A DNA stretch of 64,000 nucleotides from Bacteroidales bacterium (lineage in GTDB: Bacteria > Bacteroidota > Bacteroidia > Bacteroidales > UBA4417). Shown here piece after piece: positions 9,846 to 19,323 of the stretch (its first letter is position 1; every line of letters begins with the position of its first letter). The position numbers were made by a program, and so were the translations under genes. Where the stretch lies: assembly GCA_035403165.1 (NCBI GenBank), contig DAONEP010000003.1, positions 32,888 to 96,887 on the forward strand, given 5' to 3'. Below the pieces are notes generated by a model. That model was not told the DNA's origin. It did no database searches and saw only the letters and a program-made list of their open reading frames with translations.

Positions 9846-10026
9846 GTTATGGTGAGCATGCCGGGGCCTCCGGTATTGCTTTAAAAGGGAATCGGGTGAA
9901 AATCCCGGACAGTCCCGCTGCTGTAAGCTCTTTCAACCCTGGGATTATCTTTAGGCCACTGTGGCGTTCCGGCGTCATGGGAAGGCATCCCGAAGGGGGA
10001 GCAAGTCAGAAGACCTGCCATTGCAA
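9846..10026 (+). promoter_or_regulatory. cobalamin (B12) riboswitch
   Basis: Conserved core strings are present in the canonical order: AAAAGGGAATCGGGTGAAAATCCCGGACAGTCCCGCTGCTGTAA, GCCACTGTGG...GGGAAGGC and the B12-box-like AGTCAGAAGACCTGCC. Lies directly upstream of a TonB-dependent receptor. Confidence 0.85.
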
Positions 10027-10118
10027 ATTAATTCAACGCTTTCGGGGATAAAAGCAGTGAATATTTCCGGGTCGGGCTATTCCGTATTTTATCCTTATTG
10101 TAATTGTTAACGCTTTAT

Positions 10119-12017
10119 ATGATGCGTAAACTGCTGATTTTATTCCTGATATTTAATGCTTTAGCAGCCTATTCACAGCAAATGGCGGATTCGGTCCATC
10201 GCCTGGCAACAGTGGAAGTGATTGCCGACAGAATTTCTTCAAATTCGGCAGGAATGCAGGTCCGTCAAATAGATTCTTTAACCAGGAAACTCTATTCGGC
10301 AACTACCCTTTCGAAGCTGATATCAGAACAATCTTCAGTCTATATACGTTCTTACGGGCCTGGCGGAACAGCATCCCTTACCTTCAGGGGATTGCAGACC
10401 TCGCAATCGGTGGTTTTATGGGAAGGTATAAACCTGAATTCTCCGACCCACGGCATGATGGATATTTCGATGGTTCCTGTTTTTATACTGGATCAGATAT
10501 CGTTGCAGTATGGCGGGGGCAGCATGTTCAGCGGCAGCGGCGCCATAGGGGGAAGCCTGGTTTTATCGGGGAAGGAATGCTTCAGCCAGCCTCTAAAGGT
10601 ACAGGCAAGATTGGCTGCCGGCAGTTTCGGGAATATTTCACCCGCGGTAAAAATCTCCCTCGGCAACAGGAAATTCTGTTATTCATCTTCCCTGATTGCC
10701 AATAGTGCTGATAATAGCTATCCGTATATTAACCTTGATGGAAAACGTAAAACCTTTCAGCATGCCGCATATCAGTCGCTGGGCACAATCCATAAGGCAG
10801 AGTGGAAGATATCTGAACATCAAACGGTTTCTGCTGCCGGTTGGTACCAGGCTTCAAGCCGTGATATTCCTCCCACGATGGTGATGTCGAAGAGCATGCA
10901 ACACCAGTCCGACAGGGCTTTGCGGATGAGTTTACAATGGAAATGGCTGAACGCTGAACACCGTGTGGTTTCAGGCGTAGCGCTCACGAGGGAATACCTG
11001 CATTACACCGATGGAATGTCGGGAATTGATGCCGAATATCGCAACCGGACTTATTCGTCGCATATTGAATATAAATATGTGTTGACGCCATTACTTGTTT
11101 TCGATGCGGGAATTTCGGGGCGTTTACTCGTTGCTGAAACGATCTATTACAATGGAATTAAAAACCGGCCCGAAGCAGCAGGCTATGCTTCGGTGATAAA
11201 GAGCTTTCCTTCGGCAGGATGGAAAGTGGCTGCAAACCTTCGGCAGGATGCCGTGGAAGGTTACAGGGTGCCTTTTTGCCCTTCATTAGGAGCAGAAGGA
11301 CGACTGGTAGGCCGGTTGGATGCCAGGCTTAATGTATCGCGCAACTTCAGGGTGCCGACATTGAATGACCGCTTTTGGATGCCTGGCGGAAACCCTGATC
11401 TGAAACCGGAATCATCCTTAAATGCCGAAGCCGGGCTTGCATACAGATCCGGCGAAACAAAGAGTCCGCTTTCCTGGAAGGTTGAATTGTCAGGCTATTC
11501 CGTATTGGTCGATGACCTTATCCTCTGGATACCCTCGGGCGGGAGTACACTCTGGTCGCCTCAAAATATCGAGGAAGTATGGAGCAGGGGTGTTGAGGCG
11601 TCAGGCTCATTGAGGCTGACTGAAAAAAAACTAAAAAGCGAACTATCGGTGAATTATACTTATTCGCCCTCGACGGTTACCTGCACGGCTACTGCTCTCG
11701 CGGAAAAAAATGGTAAGCAGTTGATATATACTCCGTTGCATACCATAAAAAGCAATTTCATGATGCAATTTCATGATTACACGGTACAACTGCAAAATAC
11801 TTTTGAAAGTCGCCGGTTTACCCAGGAAGATAACCGGAAATGGCTCCCGGCCCACACGTTGCTGAACATCTCAGCCGGCAGGGTTCTGAAGATATGGAAG
11901 AAAGACTTTACAATCCAGCTCGATATCAACAACCTCCTGAATTCTTCCTATCAGGCTGTTCAGTATTACCCAGCTCCGGGGATATCGTTCACGGGAAGCA
12001 TTACTGCCGAATTCTAA
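10119..12017 (+). CDS. btuB: TonB-dependent receptor, BtuB-like (cobalamin uptake inferred from the riboswitch)
   Basis: Signal peptide from ATG 10119; the track start at 10104 is a TTG. Plug domain (VEVIADR...SLTFRGL) and a C-terminal beta-barrel ending in F. The B12 riboswitch is immediately 5'. Confidence 0.8.
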   Translation: MMRKLLILFLIFNALAAYSQQMADSVHRLATVEVIADRISSNSAGMQVRQIDSLTRKLYSATTLSKLISEQSSVYIRSYGPGGTASLTFRGLQTSQSVVLWEGINLNSPTHGMMDISMVPVFILDQISLQYGGGSMFSGSGAIGGSLVLSGKECFSQPLKVQARLAAGSFGNISPAVKISLGNRKFCYSSSLIANSADNSYPYINLDGKRKTFQHAAYQSLGTIHKAEWKISEHQTVSAAGWYQASSRDIPPTMVMSKSMQHQSDRALRMSLQWKWLNAEHRVVSGVALTREYLHYTDGMSGIDAEYRNRTYSSHIEYKYVLTPLLVFDAGISGRLLVAETIYYNGIKNRPEAAGYASVIKSFPSAGWKVAANLRQDAVEGYRVPFCPSLGAEGRLVGRLDARLNVSRNFRVPTLNDRFWMPGGNPDLKPESSLNAEAGLAYRSGETKSPLSWKVELSGYSVLVDDLILWIPSGGSTLWSPQNIEEVWSRGVEASGSLRLTEKKLKSELSVNYTYSPSTVTCTATALAEKNGKQLIYTPLHTIKSNFMMQFHDYTVQLQNTFESRRFTQEDNRKWLPAHTLLNISAGRVLKIWKKDFTIQLDINNLLNSSYQAVQYYPAPGISFTGSITAEF

Positions 12018-12042
12018 AAATAACCTAATACAACGTTGCAAC

Positions 12043-13116
12043 ATGAAAAAATTAAAACTGTTATCATGGCTGACTCTTTCTATCGTGCTGTTTATCAGCG
12101 CCTGCCATAAAGATGATCCCGAAAACCTGAAGGGACAATTTTCCAATGGGATCTTTATTGTAAACGAAGGCATATTCCAGACAGGCGTCGGAACTATCTC
12201 TTTTATAGACCGGTCGACAAACATGATCAGCCAGGATATATTTGCGCAGGTTAACGGCCGGCCCCTGGGCAGCGTGGCACAATCCATGACGATCAGCAAC
12301 GGGAAAGCCTATATCGTGGTCAACAATGCTTCGGTTGTGGAAGTAGTGGATGCGGCGACCTTTGAATCCGAGGGTATAATCGGCGGACTGGTATCGCCCA
12401 GGTATTTTATGGCTGTCAGCAACAGCAAAGGTTATGTTACGGATTGGGCCGGGAATGTCGACGGGGATGTCGCCGTAGTTGACCTGGCTTCAAATACGGT
12501 AACAAAGACTATCCCAGTTAAGAGCGGGCCGGAACAGATGCTCATTGCCAATTCCCTGGTTTTCGTGCTGAATTCGGGAGGATGGAGCACCGACAGTACC
12601 GTCAGCGTTATTGATCCTGCTTCCGATGAGGTGTTGAGCACGATACAGGTTAATCATCGTCCCACTGGTATTGTTAAAGATAAATATGGCAAAGTATGGG
12701 TGATGTGTTCCGGCATGGGATTTAACGGCTATCCGCAGGCGGGCGATTCTAAAGGGCATCTGATCAGGATCGACCCTGTTACCCTGCAGGTGGATTTCGA
12801 TTATGTCTTTAAATCGTCATCGGAGCATCCGGAAAAACTTGTCATCAATAAAAATGGCGACAGGTTGTTTTTCCTTTTCAAAGGTGCGATCAATAGTTTT
12901 GATGTGGATAATACCACTGAAGATCCGGTAATTCTGGCGATGAAAGATAATCTTTACGCTTTGGGATATGATGCCTCAAGCGATTATATCTATGCTTCCG
13001 ATCCACTTGATTATCAGCAAAATGGTTGGGTGTTCCGGTTTAAAAGCGCTGATGGGGCGTTGATCGATTCAATCCGGGCAGGCATAATTCCCGGTAATTT
13101 TTGTTTTGGGAACTAA
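12043..13116 (+). CDS. surface lipoprotein, YncE-type beta-propeller (BtuG-like role inferred from context only)
   Basis: Lipoprotein signal ...LFISAC. Repeated blade pattern such as AYIVVNNASVVEVVDAATFE, DVAVVDLASNTVTKTI and TVSVIDPASDEVLSTI. Starts 25 nt after btuB. Confidence 0.6.
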   Translation: MKKLKLLSWLTLSIVLFISACHKDDPENLKGQFSNGIFIVNEGIFQTGVGTISFIDRSTNMISQDIFAQVNGRPLGSVAQSMTISNGKAYIVVNNASVVEVVDAATFESEGIIGGLVSPRYFMAVSNSKGYVTDWAGNVDGDVAVVDLASNTVTKTIPVKSGPEQMLIANSLVFVLNSGGWSTDSTVSVIDPASDEVLSTIQVNHRPTGIVKDKYGKVWVMCSGMGFNGYPQAGDSKGHLIRIDPVTLQVDFDYVFKSSSEHPEKLVINKNGDRLFFLFKGAINSFDVDNTTEDPVILAMKDNLYALGYDASSDYIYASDPLDYQQNGWVFRFKSADGALIDSIRAGIIPGNFCFGN

Positions 13117-13127
13117 CAGGTAATCCT

Positions 13128-13135
13128 TAGATTTG
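13128..13135 (+). promoter_or_regulatory. -7 promoter box TAGATTTG upstream of arfB
   Basis: Exact TAnnTTTG match. It overlaps the TTG start (13133) used by the ORF track, which favours ATG 13154. Confidence 0.45.
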
Positions 13136-13153
13136 CCCTGTTATTGCTTAAGT

Positions 13154-13570
13154 ATGCCGTTATTTTCTGAAAACGACCTGTTGGCCGAATGCGTGTTCAC
13201 CTTTACCCGGAGCAGTGGTCCGGGTGGCCAGAATGAAAACAAGGTATCGACAAAAGTTGAGCTTTGGTTCGATATTAGTTCTTCACGGGTGCTGACTACG
13301 GATCAGAAAAAGATGATTATCAGCAGGCTGAAAAATAATGCGACTTCTATCCGGTTGACTTCGGGTCGCGAACGTTCGCAAATTGCAAACCTGAAACTGG
13401 TATCGAAACGATTTGTCGAGAAAATCGGGAAATTGCTGGAGGTTGTTCCTGAAAGAATTGCCACAAGACCGCCAGCCGCCTCAAAAGAAAAACGGCTGAG
13501 CAATAAGCGCCTGCTTTCGGAGAAAAAAGCAGGAAGACAAAGCAAATCTGCCGGAATCCATGAGGATTAA
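13154..13570 (+). CDS. arfB: alternative ribosome-rescue factor ArfB (peptidyl-tRNA hydrolase, class I RF domain)
   Basis: GGQ motif in SSGPGGQNENKVSTKVEL and a basic C-terminal tail (KEKRLSNKRLLSEKKAGRQSK). About 138 aa. Confidence 0.85.
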   Translation: MPLFSENDLLAECVFTFTRSSGPGGQNENKVSTKVELWFDISSSRVLTTDQKKMIISRLKNNATSIRLTSGRERSQIANLKLVSKRFVEKIGKLLEVVPERIATRPPAASKEKRLSNKRLLSEKKAGRQSKSAGIHED

Positions 13571-13929
13571 GAACGGATATAATGAGGCATTTCCGGGGGA
13601 AGGATAAGCGAGATTTCCACGAGGCCGCTTACAACGCCATTTGAGAACCAGGCCGACTGCCAGATCAGTTTCCTGGTTCCCTGCTTTTCAATAGTATATA
13701 CGTTGGTTCCGCCGGTTTCGAGCAAACCTCGGATTTTCGCAGCAGAACTTTCGGCGTGACAATTGAAAAGACTCCGGCCGATCAGGTCAGTACCGCCATA
13801 TTTCGCGAAGGTCAACAATGCTTTATCGTTCATGAAAAGAATGTTGGCGTTTTTATCGGTAACGGTGATGGAAGCGGGCAATTCCTTTGCCCAGTCGGGA
13901 ATGATAGTATCAAGCGTTGAGTGGTTCAT
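13567..13929 (-). CDS. stand-alone PAS domain protein
   Basis: About 120 aa from MNHSTLD. PAS-like core ITVTDKNANILFMNDKALLTF...GRSLFNCH. The longer track ORF (to 14037) would overlap tRNA-Arg and its promoter. Confidence 0.6.
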   Translation of the reverse strand: MNHSTLDTIIPDWAKELPASITVTDKNANILFMNDKALLTFAKYGGTDLIGRSLFNCHAESSAAKIRGLLETGGTNVYTIEKQGTRKLIWQSAWFSNGVVSGLVEISLILPPEMPHYIRS

Positions 13930-13989
13930 GCGGTAAGGAAGAAATTTGAACAAAAATAGGATGATTTGCTCAGAATCGTTGAAAATATT

Positions 13990-13997
13990 TATCTTTG
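13990..13997 (+). promoter_or_regulatory. -7 promoter box TATCTTTG upstream of tRNA-Arg
   Basis: Exact TAnnTTTG match, 13 nt before the tRNA 5' end. Confidence 0.5.
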
Positions 13998-14009
13998 CAC
14001 CCGCAAAAC

Positions 14010-14083
14010 GGCTCCATAGCTCAACTGAATAGAGCATCTGACTACGGATCAGAAGGTTGCAGGTTTGAATCCTGCTGGAGTCA
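14010..14083 (+). tRNA. tRNA-Arg (anticodon ACG)
   Basis: Hand-folded cloverleaf. Acceptor GGCTCCA/TGGAGTC, D arm GCTC..GAGC, anticodon stem TCTGA/TCAGA with loop CTACGGA, T arm GCAGG-TTTGAAT-CCTGC. 74 nt, CCA not encoded. Confidence 0.93.
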
Positions 14084-14092
14084 CTACAACGA

Positions 14093-14132
14093 AAAGGCTT
14101 TCATACTTATTCAGTATGAAAGCCTTTTTTTT
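14093..14132 (+). terminator. rho-independent terminator after tRNA-Arg
   Basis: 14-bp stem aaaggctttcatac / gtatgaaagccttt followed by a T-run. Confidence 0.75.
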
Positions 14133-14601
14133 CTCCGAAACCGTGTAAAATGGCAGCCATGCCGTTGCCTGGGCTGATAGAAAGGGGCTGAAAAGCTTAC
14201 GCACGATTGATGAACATGCCGGATGCTAACGACTTTGCCGTTGTAAGTATCAGATATACTATAATTTAACGAAAAATTTAAAAAATCAAATATTTAGTTT
14301 ATTAATTATAAGAAAAGACATAAATTTGTATTAACCGTTTCCCGGTAAAAAGAATATTTCTTCCCGAAGGGTACCTACTCCATTTAAAATTGTCTGCTGA
14401 CATTTTATATGCCTCGCCGGTGCAGTCCTGCCAGAATTCAGATAAAAGCAGAACAGGAAATAGCCACAGGTTTGATGATCCCCGTAAGGAACACGATGAA
14501 AGAAGCATGCAGTATTTTGAGAAACAATAAAACTGATGAAAAGGAAAATATTTCGATAATTATCAATAAATCAATCAATTAATCAAACAAACAAAAACAA
14601 C

Positions 14602-16488
14602 ATGAAAAAAATTTACTCATTGATTGTTCTGGCATGCCTTACCATGGCTGTTTCAGGACAAACGTACCTGTTGGAAGATTTCAGCGGGAATGTGATGCCG
14701 CCAGCAGGATGGTCCATTGACGGGCTCAACTCACAATGGTCAATTTCAGCCTCAAACAATGCCGGAGGAACAGCTCCTGAAGCAGCGTTCACTTACAAAA
14801 ATGTTGTCACAACCACCCGCCTCATTTCACCGCCTGTCGACATGACCGGTCAGACTTCGGTTACTCTGATGTTCAATCATCGCTACGCATTCTATGATAA
14901 TCCTGCACCTGCATACGGCGTCGCTACGCGGTCGGCAGGCGGTGCATGGACTAGCATCTGGGAACATACTCCTACCGCAAGTGTAGGTCCGGAAACCGTC
15001 ATCCTTACTATTTCAAATTCGGACATGGGACATTCCGATTTTCAATTTTGTTTTTACCTTAACGGGAACATGTATAACCTGGATAACTATTGGCTTGATG
15101 ACATCATGCTATTTCAACCCTTGTCGCTCGATGCATCGCTTAAATCAATAAGTCTTCCTCCTTATGTGGTAGCAGGCGCCAGCAATACTCTCTCAGGATC
15201 TATCATGAATTACGGATCCACGAATATCAATTCCTTTGATATAGCTTACAGGATCGACGGCGGCGCAGCACAGGTTTCGTCGGTAACAGGATTGAATCTT
15301 GCCTTAGGGGAATCGTACGAATTTACCCATAGTGTACCCATTGTTCTGAACACTGCCGGAATATATAATCAGGTAGAAGTGAACATTCAGAATGTGAATG
15401 GCGGAAACGACCTTAATCAGAATAATGATACGCTGAAGGCTAATGTCGGGGTTTTGGAATATGCCCCGGTCAGGAAAGTATTTTGCGAAGAAGCGACCGG
15501 AACATGGTGCGGATATTGTGTAAGAGGCATATGTTTCATGGATTATATGGCCGAAACGTATCCTGAAACCTGGATCGGAGTGGCCGTACACAATGGCGAC
15601 CCCATGGTGAATACAGCCTGGGACAACGAAATTCCCAATATCATCCCCAGTTTCCCCGGTTACCCTAGCGGAACGATCGACCGTGCCGGTTCCAATTACT
15701 GGGATCCTTCGCAATTTGAAGAGGGCTACCAGAAGCGGATCGCACAACCTACACCGGTTACCGTTGAAATCAACAATTGTGCATGGGACCCGGCAACCAG
15801 GAATATAAGCTTTGATCTCCAGTCGGAATTTCTCCTCGGAACGGATGACGAAATGAGATTTGCCGCTGTCATCATGGAAGACAGTATTCACGGAACAGAT
15901 GACGATTATGCACAGGCAAACTATTATGCTGGGGGCTCCCTTGGTGCGATGTGCGGATTTGAGAACCTCACCAATCCGATTCCTGCTGCCGATATGTATT
16001 ATAACCACGTCGGACGTGAGATCCTGGATTCCCCTTACGGTACTGCCGGCAGCATTCCCGCACCTATTACCAGCGGCTCCTCATTCACCTATCATTACAC
16101 CTATAACATTCCGGCTGACTGGTCATTCGAACATCTTCATTTCGCCGGGCTGGTTATCAACAATACCACCGGTGAAATAATGAATGCCAATAACGTTGTT
16201 AACTGGCTGGGTACTAATGAACCCACCAGGGTTACTTCGCTGAATGTATATCCGAATCCGGCTTCAAATAATGCAAAAGTCGTTTTCGATCTTTCGAACG
16301 GACAGCAGACTGGCCTGAGGATACTTGATATTACCGGGCGTCAGGTTGCATCCTTCACGCAAAGGACCTATCCGGCCGGTACAAATACCATAAATCTTGA
16401 TTGTTCAGACCTTGCTAACGGACTGTACATTGTGGAACTTACCGTGGGCAATACGGTGTTTACCAAAAAATTGTCAGTACAGAAATAA
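14602..16488 (+). CDS. secreted Omp28-related / thioredoxin-like surface protein with T9SS C-terminal sorting domain
   Basis: Signal peptide. EEATGTWCGYCVRG motif typical of Omp28-related proteins. C-terminus LNVYPNPASNNAKVVF...GLYIVELTVGNTVFTKKLSVQK. Confidence 0.6.
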   Translation: MKKIYSLIVLACLTMAVSGQTYLLEDFSGNVMPPAGWSIDGLNSQWSISASNNAGGTAPEAAFTYKNVVTTTRLISPPVDMTGQTSVTLMFNHRYAFYDNPAPAYGVATRSAGGAWTSIWEHTPTASVGPETVILTISNSDMGHSDFQFCFYLNGNMYNLDNYWLDDIMLFQPLSLDASLKSISLPPYVVAGASNTLSGSIMNYGSTNINSFDIAYRIDGGAAQVSSVTGLNLALGESYEFTHSVPIVLNTAGIYNQVEVNIQNVNGGNDLNQNNDTLKANVGVLEYAPVRKVFCEEATGTWCGYCVRGICFMDYMAETYPETWIGVAVHNGDPMVNTAWDNEIPNIIPSFPGYPSGTIDRAGSNYWDPSQFEEGYQKRIAQPTPVTVEINNCAWDPATRNISFDLQSEFLLGTDDEMRFAAVIMEDSIHGTDDDYAQANYYAGGSLGAMCGFENLTNPIPAADMYYNHVGREILDSPYGTAGSIPAPITSGSSFTYHYTYNIPADWSFEHLHFAGLVINNTTGEIMNANNVVNWLGTNEPTRVTSLNVYPNPASNNAKVVFDLSNGQQTGLRILDITGRQVASFTQRTYPAGTNTINLDCSDLANGLYIVELTVGNTVFTKKLSVQK

Positions 16489-16512
16489 AGAAGCAGGAAA
16501 ATTGTGAATAAC

Positions 16513-16552
16513 GAAGAAGCCGTTTCTCAATGAAACGGCTTCTTCTGTTTTT
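16513..16552 (+). terminator. rho-independent terminator
   Basis: gaagaagccgtttc / gaaacggcttcttc stem followed by tgttttt. Confidence 0.7.
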
Positions 16553-16675
16553 AACGGACCGGAAGTCCTGTGTATAACTTATAGGTTGGAATCTTTTTCT
16601 GAGCGGGAAACCGGAATCTTCCGTCTTTATTATTCGTTGGGGCTGAGATATTGCAAAGGGATTGATGGTCTGTCA

Positions 16676-16721
16676 GAATAAAAACCGGAATGGCAGAGGG
16701 TAATCTCACCACCATTCCGGT
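16676..16721 (-). terminator. putative terminator of the efflux operon
   Basis: accggaatgg / ccattccggt stem with a T-run on the minus strand, 23 nt downstream of the permease stop. Confidence 0.55.
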
Positions 16722-16743
16722 TTTAATTGGTTCACTAGTCTGA

Positions 16744-17991
16744 TTATTCAGTCTGAGCGACAGTGGAGGCAAGTTCGGCCCTTTTGCGTTTTGAGAGTCT
16801 TACCTGAACCTCATATACGATACATGCCGTGACGAAATAAACGCCGGTTTGTATCCACATGGCCATGATCTCTTTCTTACATTCAAATACTGTAGCCCCG
16901 AGGGTTTCCATTTTGATAAATCCGAAGATGGCGTTGGATGACGGGAAGAGTTCCCTGAACATCAACCAAAACGGGCTAAAGTTGGACAAAGGCCAGATGA
17001 TTCCTGACAGGAAGAAAAGGGGGAATGACGTAAACAGGAAAAGCATCATGGGGCTTTCCCTTGTTTTGAAGAGTACCGACAAGGTAAGGCCAAGGAAGAT
17101 GCACGATAACAGGAATGGCGTCATCAATGCGGCCAGTTCTCCGAAACTCCCCATGCGGCAGTAACCGAAAATTTTGGGAACTATACCGATCAGGTAGACG
17201 CAAAGCAGTGCATAAATGGTGAAGTAGGCCGCCGACTTGCCGAACACCATCCTGAAAGTGCCCATTTTATCTTTATCCATAGGTACAAGCGTGCCCAACG
17301 CATGGCGTTCGCGGGCAGTACCGGCTGCTATCCCGATCGCAAGGATCAGCGTTTGCTGGATGATCAGCATCAGGGCTACAGGTATGGCATATGTTGCGAA
17401 TCCGCCTACTGCGTTGGCAATAGAATTGTCGTCAGGCAGTATCGGATCAACCACGGCGCCGGCCTGATTCAAATCCAATCCCTTTTGCATCAGATTATTG
17501 ATCTGTATCTGCTTGCCTTCCTCCAGCGAAACAAAATTGGCTCCCATCATCAGCGTTTTATAATACAGGAAGAACTCCATATCAGCATAGGCTGAGATGT
17601 TTGTTTGCCGGTTATTGGCGATATCTTCGCTGAAGCTTTCAGGTATAACGATAATCCCCCTTATTTTGCGCTGTTTAAACTGTTGTACGGCATCTTCCAT
17701 GCTTATGCAACTGCCTTCAACTTTTAGTTCCTGGGTTGCATCCAACTGTCGCATAAAATTCCTGCTTTCGGAAGTTTGTGAAAGGTCAACAACGGTAACG
17801 GGCATATCGGAAACGATCTCAGGATAATATACAAGCGAATACAGTATCGGGTACACAACAGGCGCAGCTATTATAATTATGACCACTCCTACATCCGTTA
17901 ATACTACCTGGTATTCCCGCAGCCAGATTTTCAGGGTGTTCATAAACCCTTCTTTCATTCGCCGGGTTATTTTTTGAAGATAGTTTTTCAT
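16744..17991 (-). CDS. ABC-2 type transporter permease
   Basis: N-terminal TM helix, large extracytoplasmic domain, then about 5 C-terminal TM helices. Paralogous to the upstream gene. No Walker motifs. Confidence 0.8.
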   Translation of the reverse strand: MKNYLQKITRRMKEGFMNTLKIWLREYQVVLTDVGVVIIIIAAPVVYPILYSLVYYPEIVSDMPVTVVDLSQTSESRNFMRQLDATQELKVEGSCISMEDAVQQFKQRKIRGIIVIPESFSEDIANNRQTNISAYADMEFFLYYKTLMMGANFVSLEEGKQIQINNLMQKGLDLNQAGAVVDPILPDDNSIANAVGGFATYAIPVALMLIIQQTLILAIGIAAGTARERHALGTLVPMDKDKMGTFRMVFGKSAAYFTIYALLCVYLIGIVPKIFGYCRMGSFGELAALMTPFLLSCIFLGLTLSVLFKTRESPMMLFLFTSFPLFFLSGIIWPLSNFSPFWLMFRELFPSSNAIFGFIKMETLGATVFECKKEIMAMWIQTGVYFVTACIVYEVQVRLSKRKRAELASTVAQTE

Positions 17992-18038
17992 TTTGATTCT
18001 ATGTTTTCTGTGAACATCAGGACTTGTGACATTGAAGG

Positions 18039-19241
18039 TCAGATTGCCTGAATGTCTGTTTTATGGATATCTTCAATAAAATTCTGATAGATGAGTGCTG
18101 ATTTGAGCCGGTTCAATACGATCAGAGGCAGCAAAAGGAACAGCAACAGATAGATGATTGATCTGGCGGAGTATATCGGTTCAAAACCCGCTAATATCTG
18201 GCTCTGGAATATGTGCATATAATGCCGCACAGGGAAACCGTATGACCATATCTGGAATATCGGCGACATCGATTCGGTAGGGAAGGAGAACCCGCAAAGC
18301 GATAATGCCAGTATGGCATAGAAAGCAGCCAGGACAAGCGCGTGCCTCATCATGGGTAAAAGTCCGATGCAGAAGATGCCAATGGCCTGGTATGAAAGCA
18401 CAAACAGGAATGAGGAGAGTATAATCCAGCCAACCCCGCCATTCATTGGTACGGCCATAACCTTATACAGCATGAAATTCTGGAACATCATGAGGATAAG
18501 GAAAATGATTGTATAGGGCAGGAGTTTGCCGGTAAGCGCCACAACGATGGATTTGTCCGACAATTTCAACCACTCGCGTGAAGTCCGCTCCTTGATCTCT
18601 ATACCGATACTGTAAACGGTCATCATCAGGATAAAGATCTGCATCATGATCGGAAGAATGATTGTCGTGACATACACCGTATAATTGGCCCTTGGATTGA
18701 ACAACAGGTGCATATTCAGTTGGATCGGCTGTACCTGGGCCATGATTTCCTGCTCTGACTGGCCCATAGCCTCGCGTTTCTGAATATTTATTCCGGCCGA
18801 TAAGGTATGAGTGATTAATGCAAAGTCGTTCCTCAGCAGTCCGCCGGCGATAAACAATCCGTTGTGGTAATAGTAACTGACAACCGGCTGGCGATTGGCC
18901 ATGATGTCTGCCTGAAGATTTTGAGGCAGGACAATATACCCATAGATTGAACCTTTCCTGAGTTCGGACATGGCCTCTTTTTCTGTCTGAAGGCTCATCA
19001 CAACATCACTGGCAGGCGTCGCATCAATATTGCGGGCCATCTTACGGGATGTCGAAGTTTGATCGAGATCGACGATGGCGATGGGCATTTTGGCCGGAAC
19101 GCCTTCTTTCATGAGAGAGCAGAAGAAGAGGGTCGTCAGTACCGGGAAGATAAGGACGGCCAGGATATAGAGCGTCCCTGATGACATGCGGTCTATCTCA
19201 CGCTTTGCAACGGCCCAGATGCTTTTAATTAATGATTTCAT
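18039..19241 (-). CDS. ABC-2 type transporter permease
   Basis: Same architecture as 16744-17991 (..PIAIVDLDQTSTSR.. vs ..PVTVVDLSQTSESR..). Confidence 0.8.
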   Translation of the reverse strand: MKSLIKSIWAVAKREIDRMSSGTLYILAVLIFPVLTTLFFCSLMKEGVPAKMPIAIVDLDQTSTSRKMARNIDATPASDVVMSLQTEKEAMSELRKGSIYGYIVLPQNLQADIMANRQPVVSYYYHNGLFIAGGLLRNDFALITHTLSAGINIQKREAMGQSEQEIMAQVQPIQLNMHLLFNPRANYTVYVTTIILPIMMQIFILMMTVYSIGIEIKERTSREWLKLSDKSIVVALTGKLLPYTIIFLILMMFQNFMLYKVMAVPMNGGVGWIILSSFLFVLSYQAIGIFCIGLLPMMRHALVLAAFYAILALSLCGFSFPTESMSPIFQIWSYGFPVRHYMHIFQSQILAGFEPIYSARSIIYLLLFLLLPLIVLNRLKSALIYQNFIEDIHKTDIQAI

Positions 19242-19323
19242 TGTGAATTGATTGATGGTTGAATGTTGGATTTACCGGTATCAGGATTTTTTCCCTGACC
19301 GGGTATCATATAGGCTATCAACA

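Noticed and set aside
9839-10051. 70-aa ORF on the + strand
   Set aside because: It coincides exactly with the cobalamin riboswitch. The sequence is explained by RNA structure.
13567-14037. Full-length 156-aa version of the PAS ORF
   Set aside because: The first 36 codons overlap tRNA-Arg (14010-14083) and its -7 box on the other strand. The internal ATG at 13929 (MNHSTLD) gives a complete PAS-sized protein.
14302-14508. 68-aa - strand ORF in the long intergenic region
   Set aside because: No upstream promoter box or downstream partner, and an odd composition. It sits in AT-rich leader DNA of the 14602 gene.
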